The position numbers and the translations under genes were made by a program. DNA of 64,000 bases from Podarcis tiliguerta (lineage: Eukaryota): the NCBI GenBank assembly GCA_965153285.1, contig OZ229113.1, one strand, 5' to 3'. The notes beneath the pieces were generated by a model. The model saw only the letters and a list, made by a program, of their open reading frames with translations. It was not told where the DNA came from and did not search any database. This document shows, piece after piece, positions 24,475 through 35,726 of the stretch; position 1 is the first letter of the stretch; the number at the start of each line of letters is the position of its first letter.

Positions 24475-25530
24475 TGTAACTTGCAGATAGCTTTGAGCAA
24501 GGCCATGCTTTCTAGGATTCGGACAAAGCAATATGAAACTTAAAGAATCTCTTCATTATTCAAGGACTCGCCTATCTAAAAGCCATAGTTCCAGACCCAT
24601 TCCCATGAAACTGTACAGCAGCAGTGTACTGTGTGTGGGAAAGAGAACTCAGTGCGTGTTTTGGTCACTGCTACTTTGAGTGTTCTTCCACCTGCTTTGG
24701 GCATGCAGTTCCCAACCACTACCCGCTAAGGAATTTTGGCCCTCAGTGAATTGGGAGAGTATCTCTATCCCTGATGTATCAGTTGGCATCCATCTGTCAT
24801 GGGAGGCAATGAAATAATGCGTCCTTGGGGGTAAAGTCAAACCACTGGAGAGTTACAGTGCCTACTGGAGCTTTAGAGACTGATACAAGAGAGATATGTT
24901 TTATTGTAGGTGGGGCACATGAAGGCATTATGGGACTTCTTCTCTCTGTGCTTTTCTCAGTGTTCACTCTACAATCATCTTGTGGAGCTTAGGTGAGCAT
25001 CCTATCTCGTTGAGCAGTGTGAACAGGCCTTCATTAGGTCTATGAAGGTGATGTACGTGTCTCTGCTCTTGGCCTTTCTCCTGCAGCTAGAGCAGTGAAA
25101 AAACTATGTTGACCTCAGAGCACTAAAGCCACATTGTGACTCAGGATAGACTCTGTCAGCATGTAACTGTAATCTGCTGAGAACTACATAGGCAAAGGCT
25201 TTCCCCACAGTACTCAGCAGGGCAATTCTATGATAGTTGTTACAATCATGGTGGTCGCCTTTGTTCTTATAGAGTATCACAGTGCTTGGGTTGTGCATGT
25301 CTTGTGTCTGGACTGCTTTCTGCCACAGCCTCTTCCTGCTCACTAAACCCTGTTATCTCTTCATCTTCCAACACCTTCTCCTCCCAGTCTGCTCACTATT
25401 CTCCCTGTGACCACTTAGTACCAGTACCAACACCAATCCCTTGGTTCTGAGACTTCTTCCCTGGGGGTTCCCTTGGGCTTCCTTAGCTAGTGCCTCCCAC
25501 CACTGCTCTTCATCCAGCCAGCCCATTACA
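24475..25530 (-). mobile_element. Probable solo LTR split by an RTE insertion
   Basis: Bounded by TGTAA (24475) ... TTACA (25530). 25310-25530(-) reads TGTAATGGGCTGGCTGGATGAAGAG..TGGTGGGAGGCAC, like a lacertid Gypsy-type LTR start (recall). TSD imperfect. Confidence 0.5.
24775..25310 (-). mobile_element. RTE-clade LINE fragment with internal deletion
   Basis: ORF 25104-25343(-) YKNKGD..DCNNY..I.LLSTVGKAFA.V.L.RLQ..A.RVYPESQCGF...RST is RTE RT domain 0-2. It is joined to the RTE 3' terminus at ~24781-24930. Confidence 0.85.
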
Positions 25531-27134
25531 ATTTGATCCTTTTTACTTGTTTATTTCACGGGGGAATCAGTGCCACCTCAGAAGCTATGATGCTCATGAT
25601 GACTAGGGCAGAAGATGGGGGGGGGCAGTAATTATGATCATAATTCCCACACCAGCTGCAGGCTGATGCAGCACAGAGATATGGAGCAGGCTTTGTTCAA
25701 TCTCCCTCCCCGCTTCCCTGAAATGCCCCATTTCAAGGGCTTACACTGGTTACCACGGTGGGAGTACAGCAAGCACTAGTTTCTGACTGCTGTTGGGGTG
25801 GAACACTGTCCACCCCCACTAGCAGAAGCCTGATGAAATGAGTCTTTCACAATATCCTAATCCTCTACAACACAGATCACAAATTAGAATTGCTCTATTA
25901 AACTCTTAATTAAATATGCTTTTTTTTCTTACCTAAAAATCGTATAAAGTTGGCAAAAATTATTATAGTGGTTGGATCTGGAAATCAATAATATATGTTC
26001 TAATATTAAAATGTTCTAATGAAATTTCTGCAACTCACAATGCAAATAATTATTAACACTTAAGACAGAAAATACACTTAATATTTTTATAAGGCACCAG
26101 AATCAGTACTTTTATAAATGTGAACCTCTAGATTACATTTAAAGGTAGTGATTATAGTCTATAAATAATTAACAGTTTGCAAACCAGCATCACTCCAAAT
26201 GTTTGAAAACTATGAAGACATATTATAAAAACCTGCAAATTCCTAACAGCCATTATCCCTGGCTCAAATCCACTTTGTCAGTTCATTTTGTCCTGCTACT
26301 CAATCTCTCTACTCAATTCAGAGTTCATCAAACACAGCTACTCCTCTGATTAATGGATAATTTATTATTTGCCTTGCAAATGTTTATCTGCCAGGACAAG
26401 AGTAAATTTAATTCCATACAGCTGATATGTATGATGGCCACTCTTTCACTTCTGAAGGATTGGTCAATTGATGGTCAGGTCCCTAAGGAGCTGTGCCCTG
26501 GCCTTAGATTTCTGACACAGTCCTCTGAAAGGAAAGACATCTATTTTTAATTAGCACAGCATAAAATCAATTAGCTTGTAGCTTAAAAGAGGAAATTAAT
26601 AATCACTTTTGTTTGGCATTTTCATGAGACCATCAGAAATAACCTTCAGTGTTAATTACCCATATTGGTATGCTTCTGACCACCTTGAGTGCCATGGTTG
26701 CAAAGTAATACTAACTTGAAAATGCAGATTGAAAGTATTTCCCCTAAATCATGAAACATTTAAAAACGCTGCCGAGGAAAGAATTCCCAGGTGAAGTAGT
26801 GATACAGGAAAACAAAATGGAATTTTCAAGAATAGAAAAGGAATTGGGAAGTGATGGAATTCTTTGATGCCATGTAGGTAAGAGATAGGCAACTTTGTTA
26901 TCACTACCACAGCAGAGAATTGTTCCCAATGAACCATTTGCTGTAAGATTAGTTTGCAGTGGACTGGTTGCATCTTTAGGATGTGTATGTGTTAGAGAGA
27001 GAGAGTGAAAGTAATTTTGGGTGGGGGGCCTAGAACTACATCTGTTTCCCACTGATATCAATACGGTTTTAGCATTCCACAAGTCTGACTTCAACTGACT
27101 GAGGCTCCATTCACAGAGTTGCATAAATTACTAC

Positions 27135-27177
27135 CCGGAAGTAATCCCCATTGAGCTCAAGAGGACTTACTTCTGGA
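27135..27177. repeat. Short palindromic repeat (AAGTAAGTCCCATTGAG.TCAATGGGACTTACTT-type)
   Basis: Imperfect palindrome GGAAGTAATCCCCATTGAGCTCAAGAGGACTTACTTCT centred on GAGCTC. A common squamate mini-palindrome (recall). Confidence 0.55.
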
Positions 27178-29204
27178 ATGACAATAATAGGGGCTGTGCT
27201 GATGATAACTTGTTTTTCTTTATATAAAATGTATTCTATTTTTTTCTGTATTAACACCAAAGCTCAAAGACGCATACACATTTTGCTTTTGGAAAAAAGT
27301 TAACAATAAGACCGTATTTTTAAAGCCATCGGAAATGGTAGTTTAAAGCAGTAATAAAGACAGCTATATAGTATGGCATATTTAGAGTTTCCAATTCCCT
27401 TCAACGGAGACTCCTTCTAATAGAGACTTACATCTCAGCTCACATATAAGCACCTTTTTAAAAGTATTGTAACTGTTCAGGATGGCTAACAGAAGTTAAA
27501 AGTTCATTTCATTGAGGATATGGGATTTTAAATTATCTTAATATGATAATGCCTTAGTATTAGCTGTTCCCCCTCTTTCCATTTTGTTATGTGCACTGAA
27601 CATAAACATTTCAAATAAATACTCCAAGCTTTAGAACAATGCAGCATTGACAACTTTGTTGTATGCCATGAAATTACTATGCCCTGAGTTTTGGTTTCAT
27701 TAAAAGGGTAAAAAACCAACACATATTAGCAATTCCTCCCAAGTTTTTCAAGCCAGTATGTTTCTTAAGGCTAATTTCTAAACAAGTTGGAGCACACATG
27801 GTGCCATGTTTGCACATCTCAGTTGTTCTAGGGCAGGAAACTCTGGTCTTGTTATTCAGACATCATATATGTAACTAGTCTTGACAACTGCTGATTATAT
27901 CTTTTTTAAAGCACTACTGCCTTTTTGTGTTTGCCAGTTATCCTCTGGTGTATATGCCAATGCAGACAATGTCCCATCACCGTAATTGTCACTCAGCTGT
28001 CTGTCAGTGATGAGGAGAAAAGGGTGACAGCAGCCTTGACATCCCACCAATCATCCCTCTGGAAAATTGATATCGTCCTCCCCAGTAAACAACAGCTAAA
28101 GAATCGACCAGCCTTGCCGGCACATCCCTGAACAATCAGCTTCCATTAGGGGCAGAAGCCACACATTTATCCCACCATACTCCAATCAATAGAATGTGAC
28201 TTGCTGTATGCTCAAGCATACCGCTGTTCAAGGTCTGCTTTGATATAATCATGCATCTAAAAGCAAATGGCTCCCCTGCTTACAGGTGTGTGTGTGTGTG
28301 TACTTTAAAAAAAAAAAAACTGTTTCTATAAACATAATTGTATAATTATTTAAACAATAATGGTATAATGGCATAATTGTTTATATATGCCGTAAATCAC
28401 TTTGGGATGCCTCATAGGAGGCAATTTATAAATGAAATTAATATCAGTTAATAATAATAATAATATTGCCACTTCTTCTCACTAATCTGTCCAGTCCACA
28501 ACAGCACACAATTTATTTAGCCCATTTCCAGTTTGCCTATTTACCCATTTAATATTCAATCTCATTGTTAGCGGCGAAAATTAATATAAGAGCAACATAA
28601 AGACTAATATATTATTTAAATGAGCTGAATTTAAATGTAATGTGTTTTATTTACTTTCTACAACTGCAACATTTGTTACCCAGTAAGGTACACATCTGTT
28701 TATATATCATCACTGCAGCTAGAAATATTTGGGCAAGCAGCCCAGTAGTTTAGTAGCAACACAACACATGCAGGATGCTTGAGATGAGGAAGTAAATATA
28801 AGCTCTTACTATTCAGTGACAGTGAATGAGTATGCCAGTGGAGCCCAGACATTACATCTCTGGAGAGGGAAACTGTGCCTGATGGTTGCTCTTGCCAATT
28901 TGCAAAGTAGCACTGAGGTCAGTGTCACCAATGCTGTGTTTCCAGCAAGAGTAAAATGCAGAGTCAGCAGCTGCTGGTATTATTTGATTCCTTCCCCCAC
29001 TATTTCCCTCTTAGACAGAAGGAGCTGACATGCTGTTGCTCAGCTCAGAAAACTTACACAAACGAAGCATGTAATTTATCTTTGCTACACTAAACTATAA
29101 ATACAGTGTCCCAAAATATAACAGCAAAGAAACAAATGAAGATGGGGGGGGTACAGATCCATACAGTCTGTTGTCCTAAATTCAGTGAAAAATCCACATT
29201 GTCA

Positions 29205-29611
29205 GCAATGTATACACTGGCTTGGTCATGTACACAGAATGGAAGATGGCAGGATCCCCAAGGACATGCTCTACAGGGAAGTGGCTTCAGGCACCAAGTC
29301 CATTGGTGCATTACAAAGATGTCTTCAAATGAGACATGAAGGCTGGCTACTTCAACCAAGCCGTGTGGGAATCCCTTGCAGATGACCACAGCGTATGAAG
29401 ACAGATAGTCAGGTTGTGTATCCACAGCATTGGTCAGAGGAGGAATGACCACTGGGAGAAGCACAGAGAGAAGAAACACCATGGTGCATCAGCATAAACA
29501 CAACCAGACACCTTTATCTGCCCCAGCTGCAACAAACCTGTTTCTCCCAAGTACTGTAACTCTTCAGGCACACTGCTCCATTGTCTCCTGAGACAGACGT
29601 GTGCCAACAAA
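29205..29611 (+). mobile_element. RTE-clade LINE 3' fragment
   Basis: Translation HWLGHVHRMEDGRIPKDMLY.E..SG (RTE C-terminus) and an F.CP.CNK zinc-knuckle remnant. 3' end CCATTGTCTCCTGAGACAGACG..GCCAACAA. Confidence 0.88.
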
Positions 29612-29875
29612 GTTCCAACATGTGTAGATACTAATTTCCAACCTTCAGTCAACTGCATGGAGCTCAGAAACAAGAGCAACACATATAGTCCTACCCACCT
29701 TCCATGCACAGTCAATGTGAATTATATAGAGTTACACTGAGTTTTCTATAGAAAATGAGGATTGGATCTAGGGGCATTCTTCAACATGCGGAAGACATAT
29801 TATATGCTCACAGAAGATCTGTTTTATACCTTGCACTTGTGTACAAGTGTATATTCTAAAAAAGTTCACCCCAGA

Positions 29876-30780
29876 ACCATTGGTTTGCTTGGTAGCAAAT
29901 ACTTCCTTTCCAGGGAAGGTGGTTGAGAGGACTGCGACACAACCATCACATATACTCTTGGATGAAACTTATTATAATGATGCATTTCAAACTGGGATCA
30001 GGCCTGTTTATGAGACTGACTCAGCCTTGGTCACCCAGGTGGATGAACTTTATTGGGAGAAGGATGGGTGAGTGTGGCCCTGTTATTCTTAGTCGCTCTC
30101 TCAGAAACTTTTGATAGCATTAGCCATGGTATCCTTGTAAGCTGACTTAGTGGGATGTTTGTTGGAATCTTACAGTGGTTCTGATCCTATCTCCAGGGTT
30201 GGCTTTTGTGAATAGCCTATGTGATTGTCCTTCAGTTGCACTGTGGGGTGTCACAGGGTACTGTCTTGTCCTCAGTGCTATTTAACATCTATATGAAGCT
30301 ATAGGGGAGTGATCATTAGGAGATATGGGGTAAGGTGCCATCAGTATGCTGTTGATACCCAGCTCCTCTTCTCTGTAATGTGTGAATTAGGAGGGGCAGG
30401 ACTTGGTGGTGGACAGGATGAATCCTGGTAAGACAGAGGTACTGTAGGTAGGTAATTCCTGAGTTGTCTTCCTTTGGATGGAGAAGTTGCATTCCCTCTG
30501 AAAGAGCAGGTTCGTAGTCGGTGACTTCAGTAATTAGTAGTACCTTTTACCAGCTATTTTATAGACCAGGATAACCTGAGCACTGTTGTCCATGCACTGG
30601 TAACCTCCAGTTTGGATTACTGCCATACACTCTTTGCAGGCCACTGTTGAGCTTGGTCTGGAAGCTGCAGCTAGTGCAAAATATGGCCACTCAACTGCTC
30701 ACTGTGGCCAGGATATCACCAACATGTTACTCCACTGTTGAAAGAATTTGAATGAACTGCCAACTAGCTGAGCTAAATTC
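29876..30780 (+). mobile_element. Decayed L2 LINE RT-domain fragment
   Basis: VAN.SF.GKVVER...LDET.Y.D.FQ.G.RP..ET..ALV, GV.QG.VL, HQYA.DTQL (YADD box) and KLQLVQN. Multiple frameshifts. Confidence 0.85.
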
Positions 30781-32297
30781 TGTGGATAGTGCATGTCCTA
30801 GGCAACAGGACAGTCAATAGTTCCAGGGGGCAAAGGCTGACAGGAAGGCAAAGCAAGATCAGAACCTTGGAGAGGGCCCTTGGTGTGGATTTCAGGGCCA
30901 CAGTTAGTGATCCTGCAATTGAAGTGAAACATACAAGTTTTCTCAGCAGTGCCATGGAACAACTGGAAGATCTCTATACAGTAGTCTTTATAGTCTAAGC
31001 TAGATAATCAATGACTAGATGCTGCATCTGTCCAGTTACAGGGTCAGTGCCTACCTCTGCAGGCACAGGATTCTTCCATGCCCTGAGCTTTCAAGATTTG
31101 GAGCTATCTTCACTGGTTTCTCTGGAACAGTCTACCTCAGAGGATTCCTGGCCTAGAACCATGATACCACTAGGAATTATGTTTGCAGGGGCTTTCCTGT
31201 GATTTTATATAAAAGTTGTTCTTACCTTTCCTGCAGAAAAATGGTGGTTGTTTTTGTAAAGGAGCTTACCAACATTAGCACCTGCATAAGGTTTTATGCT
31301 AAAAATGCTAAAAAGAGTTTCAACATACATGATTACGGGTTTCCTTTGATAGGGATGGTCTAGACACTAATGGTGTAATGTACAAACCATTATGGAGGTT
31401 CATTGTCCTTTTACTTTGCTAAATGGACAAAATCAATACCTTAATGGTAATGTTTGGAAGGATCCTTACGAAGACCAAATTGGCACATTACCACACTTTT
31501 TCCGGCCTATGCATTAAGTTCATTAACTTTCCTCATTTGAATTACAAATTTCATTTCTCTGATCAAGATGAAGACAATCTTCTCATTTAAAAGCTTAGAT
31601 TTTTGCTGTGTTAAATGTTTTACAGGGAACGATAAAGTTAATGCACTGGAGAGACATCATGTCACCCCTATTGGTAGGCAATTATAGATAAGGCTCCAAA
31701 TTCCAATAACCCTGATGGGAAGCACACAGGAACTTCCATAAAAGAATGATACAAATATTAAGTATAGAAGCCAAAAGGCTAATCAGCCCTATTAGAGATA
31801 TATTCACACTTGTTAAACATAAGTGCTGTCTCCGAAGCTAAATGTTATTTAATTTGAAATAATAAGCAAACACATTTCCTTATCACTGAAAAATAAACTT
31901 ATTTTACAATAATAGTAAGAACAACAGTTACAGTCCAGACCTTTTCAGGATCATTGGAGAATCTAAGCACATGGGTTTATACAGAGAATGATTCATGAGA
32001 ATGATGCATTATAAATATAGGGACATGAAAAGTGAACACTTCTTACTATATGTATACATTGAATTGTCAGACAAACTCCTGCTGATAACATGCCACAAAC
32101 TACGATGCACCTAATTAAAATTAGACTTAGTGTACTGAATTGTTAATCTCCTCCATAAAAACTGCAAAGGAAAGAGTTTAAACTCCATGAGGCTAAGAAA
32201 TCCATACTTTGCCACCTTCATATCCCTCACCTAAGGATGCTAAAGGCTGGATTGGATGACTGTTGAAATTTTGTTCCAAGTCTATGAATCTCTGAGC

Positions 32298-32338
32298 TCA
32301 GCATATAGAAAAGCAGTCAGCATATAGAAAAGCAGTCA
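32298..32338. repeat. Tandem duplication of TCAGCATATAGAAAAGCAG (19 bp x2)
   Basis: Exact tandem copies. Confidence 0.9.
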
Positions 32339-33401
32339 AAACCAAGTGTTTTATCCTTTGGAATCCAGGTGATAATTTTTAATTTTAATTTCTAGTTAGA
32401 GCTGTTTATTTTAAACACAAATTACGCAGTCCTTGAAAGAATAACTACTCATCACTAGAAGGAATGAAGGAAGGAAGACATTTAGACATTTTAACATTAC
32501 TGTTTGAGAGTATATAGTACGGGACAAAAGTATCAGTGAAAATTAATGTACAGTGGGATGAACACCTATACAAAACAAAAATTGTTGCAGATAAATGACC
32601 TTTGTCATTTATGAATTCAGTATATATCTATACCGTACTACACATATATTCATCTATCTGGCACCATGAAATTAATAGCTTAGGTCACTGTACTAGAGAA
32701 TAAGCCATTGCTCATTTATATATTTATATATATTACCAACTATGCAGGATGAAAATGATATGGCTGCATAGCTGTATGGAAAGAGGCAGTATAATCACTC
32801 TGTGCTGGTGACGCGGCTCCTAAAACTGAGCTGGTTTTATAGTTTCTGACTAGTGGAAATGGTCGAATTTTACTCATATAATACTCATAGGCACTTGATC
32901 TTTAATGGGACATTTGCAGATAATGGTACGTGCAATTGTGTGACATCAAAAAGGTCAGAGATGGCATAGGTTGCCATGCAAACTGGGGATGAGGAAGAAG
33001 TGCACAGCCATTTTAGAAACACAAAACCAAAGCCCCTTTGTCTATTGCATAATTAATTGCATTTATCTTTGGATCTTGGACTTAACCTGGATAAAAAAAG
33101 GAAATAATTTTTATCATTTGCAACTCTTCTGTGTAATGCTAATGTAGGTGTAACTTTTCCTACACATATTCCTAGCTGCCTAAGTAATCATAGGTGCATG
33201 TTATTCCTCAACATGAGGCAGCATCAGATAAACTAAATATTTACTACTTCTAGCATCACTGAAACAGTTGTTTGCAACTGGGAGCAGATGGTAGCATTTA
33301 GTCTGTATTCAGAGTTATCTAACAAGCTATACAGGGCAGGTGCAGCTCCATTCATTAGAAGATATTGCAATGATTGGCATTTGATCTAGTCCGGAAGCAG
33401 T

Positions 33402-33600
33402 TGGACTCCCTCTAAAAGACCAGGTTCGCACTTTGGATTTAACACTGTCATTAGAAACTCAAGTAGCTTCTGTGGCTAAAGGTGCATTTTATCAGCTTTA
33501 TTTGATATGCCATCTATAAAGTAGCCAAAGTTATTCATGCTCTCATAACCTCCCACTGAGTCGACTACAATGAGACATATATGGGTCTGTCTTTAAAAGG
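33402..33600 (+). mobile_element. Decayed L2 fragment
   Basis: LPLKDQVRTL / LSLETQVASVAKGAFYQL / VIHALITS.L.DY, which are L2 post-RT motifs. Confidence 0.7.
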
Positions 33601-34605
33601 CTTATTACACTGGCTGTAGGAAAAATAGAGACAGTAGCTTCCAAAATAAAGAACAGAAATGTCAGCTGATTAGGTGAGTGGGCATAAGAAATGGGAGGAT
33701 GCTCTTTGTTTCTCACTACATCGGTACCTTTGTCACATCTACACCTAAGAAAACATCCAAATTTATGATTTAGCCAAGTTAAGCATTTTTAAAGTTCCAT
33801 TTATTTTAGTGGGATAAATTAAAACACAATTAATTGTTCCACTGGACTAAATGGGACTTAGAATTACTTAGCTCTGCACTGAATTGTGTTGTGTTATATT
33901 TGAAGGCAGTTGTATAAACTTGATTAATGAACACTTTAAGTCAAGGGTTGGCAACTTACCCCAACCCTAATTTAGAAGTGTTGGGTATGACTTGCATTCT
34001 AACACATGGCTTATTTCACAATTGAATTTGATTATACTCCAAAGCAACACAGTACTTGTCTTACAGACAGTATTGAAACCATTTAGCTTTCACCATCTAA
34101 ATCTGTCTACACTGTAAAACAATTCAACTATCACAGATATAAATCATACATGCACTTATGAGTGTACATACACGTACACACACATCCAACTTACTTACTA
34201 AATTAACTGTAACAACTTTCTTGCTCCATTAACAAATGAAGCATCATAAAATTATGCTGAAGCTGCATCTTAATGGAAAAGGGAACTTGTCAATGCTAAC
34301 GTAGCAATTCAATTCAAAATACATAATTATTATGATGGCTGTAATGTGTTTTCCCTCAAAACATAAACTAAACAACACAATTCAATGCCCCTCTTTGAGA
34401 GAGAGTGGTGCAACCTGATCTAAGTGACATAGTACAACCTTGGTTTTTGGTTTTTTAAAAAAACTTCCCTAATTCCCACCAGGTTTTAGTCTCCAATATC
34501 CCATTCTTGAGCAAAGTGCCTGAGCACATAGTAGCACCTCAGCTCCTAGTTTCTCCAAGTATCTAGATCAATTTTAATCCAGTTTTGGGGCCAAAAATGC
34601 ATTGA

Positions 34606-35093
34606 ATGACCTTCACAGGCAACTGGGTTCTGCTGGACCTCAGCAACTTTCAATACAATCAGCTACAGTATATTCTGGACCACCTGGCTGAAGTGATATT
34701 ATTTTGCAGTGGTTTCTATCCTTGCTGGACAGGCAATTCCAGAATGTGGGACTGGAGGGCTACTGTTCAATGCCTAAGGGTTTTAGCCTATAGTCCCACA
34801 GATTTATCTCATCCCTCACATGATACAACATCTATGTTAAACCACTGGAGGAAGTTGCCTGGAATTTAGAATCTGATGCCACCAAATTATGGATGACTGC
34901 CAAATCTATCTCTTCCTTCCATCACAATCAAATGGAGCTGTTTAAGTTTTGAATGTATGTCTGGCAATGGTCTGGAGAACGAATAATTCAGACATGACAG
35001 AGATGCTCCTAGTCAATAGAAAGGCACTCTGGAAAAACTAAAGGTTCAGTCTGTTTGGGATGGGTTGCACTGCCCTTCAAAAATCACATTTGG
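34606..35093 (+). mobile_element. Decayed L2 RT fragment
   Basis: VLLDLS..F.T...ILD.L, a CHQ.(Y.)DD.Q.YLS remnant and DGVALP.K. Heavily mutated. Confidence 0.65.
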
Positions 35094-35616
35094 TGCCACC
35101 AGAATGTGGGCTAACCAGCATCATATAATCTAATTACTGCATGAAGGGGTTAAGACGATAAAATAAGCTGTCCTATTAGGCTTAGCTCACCTTGGGAGGG
35201 ACTGGTTAATCAAGCCTTTCTCCCCACACCCCAGTCTACCTGAGAACCTCAACATGTGAGGAGGTATGAGGTGGTTGCTCCAGGCTCAGATCACATGGCT
35301 CTCACAAACTACTCTTGAGTTCCTATACCAATAGTTTAGGAACTTTCACTACTTTGCAGCTAAACAAAATTTTACTATCTGTGCAACCTTTTCTGAATGC
35401 TGTATAGAAAAGCACATGAAACTGACCTTTGGAGAGTAAGTGAACCATTTTTAACTTACTAAATGTGTAGTGTTTTTCTATGCTAGGGGAAGTGGGAAAC
35501 TTTAGAAGAAACTTGGTAGGGTATATTTTAAAAGTCTAACAGCCTATATTTCCACAATTTACTTTGCTGCATATTTTGTAATTTTTAATCTCCTGGGGTT
35601 CTCTCGCCAAAGAGTA

Positions 35617-35672
35617 CAGTGGTACCTCGTGTTACGTACTTAATCCGTTCCAGACGTCCGTTCGTAACAGGA
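35617..35672 (-). mobile_element. pogo/Tigger-like MITE terminal fragment
   Basis: TA|CAGTGGTACCTCGTGTTACGTACTTAATCCGTTCC is the reverse complement of the right end of the full copies. Confidence 0.7.
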
Positions 35673-35695
35673 AATCATGATAATCTGTCATTATC

Positions 35696-35722
<27 letters not shown>
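35696..35722. repeat. (GT)n microsatellite
   Basis: Directly visible. Confidence 0.95.

Positions 35723-35726
<4 letters not shown>

Noticed and set aside
26751-26885. Short ORF MKHLKTLPRKEFPGEVVIQENKMEFSRIEKELGSDGIL with a downstream donor
   Set aside because: The stop precedes the donor, there is no acceptor or promoter evidence, and no known homologue.
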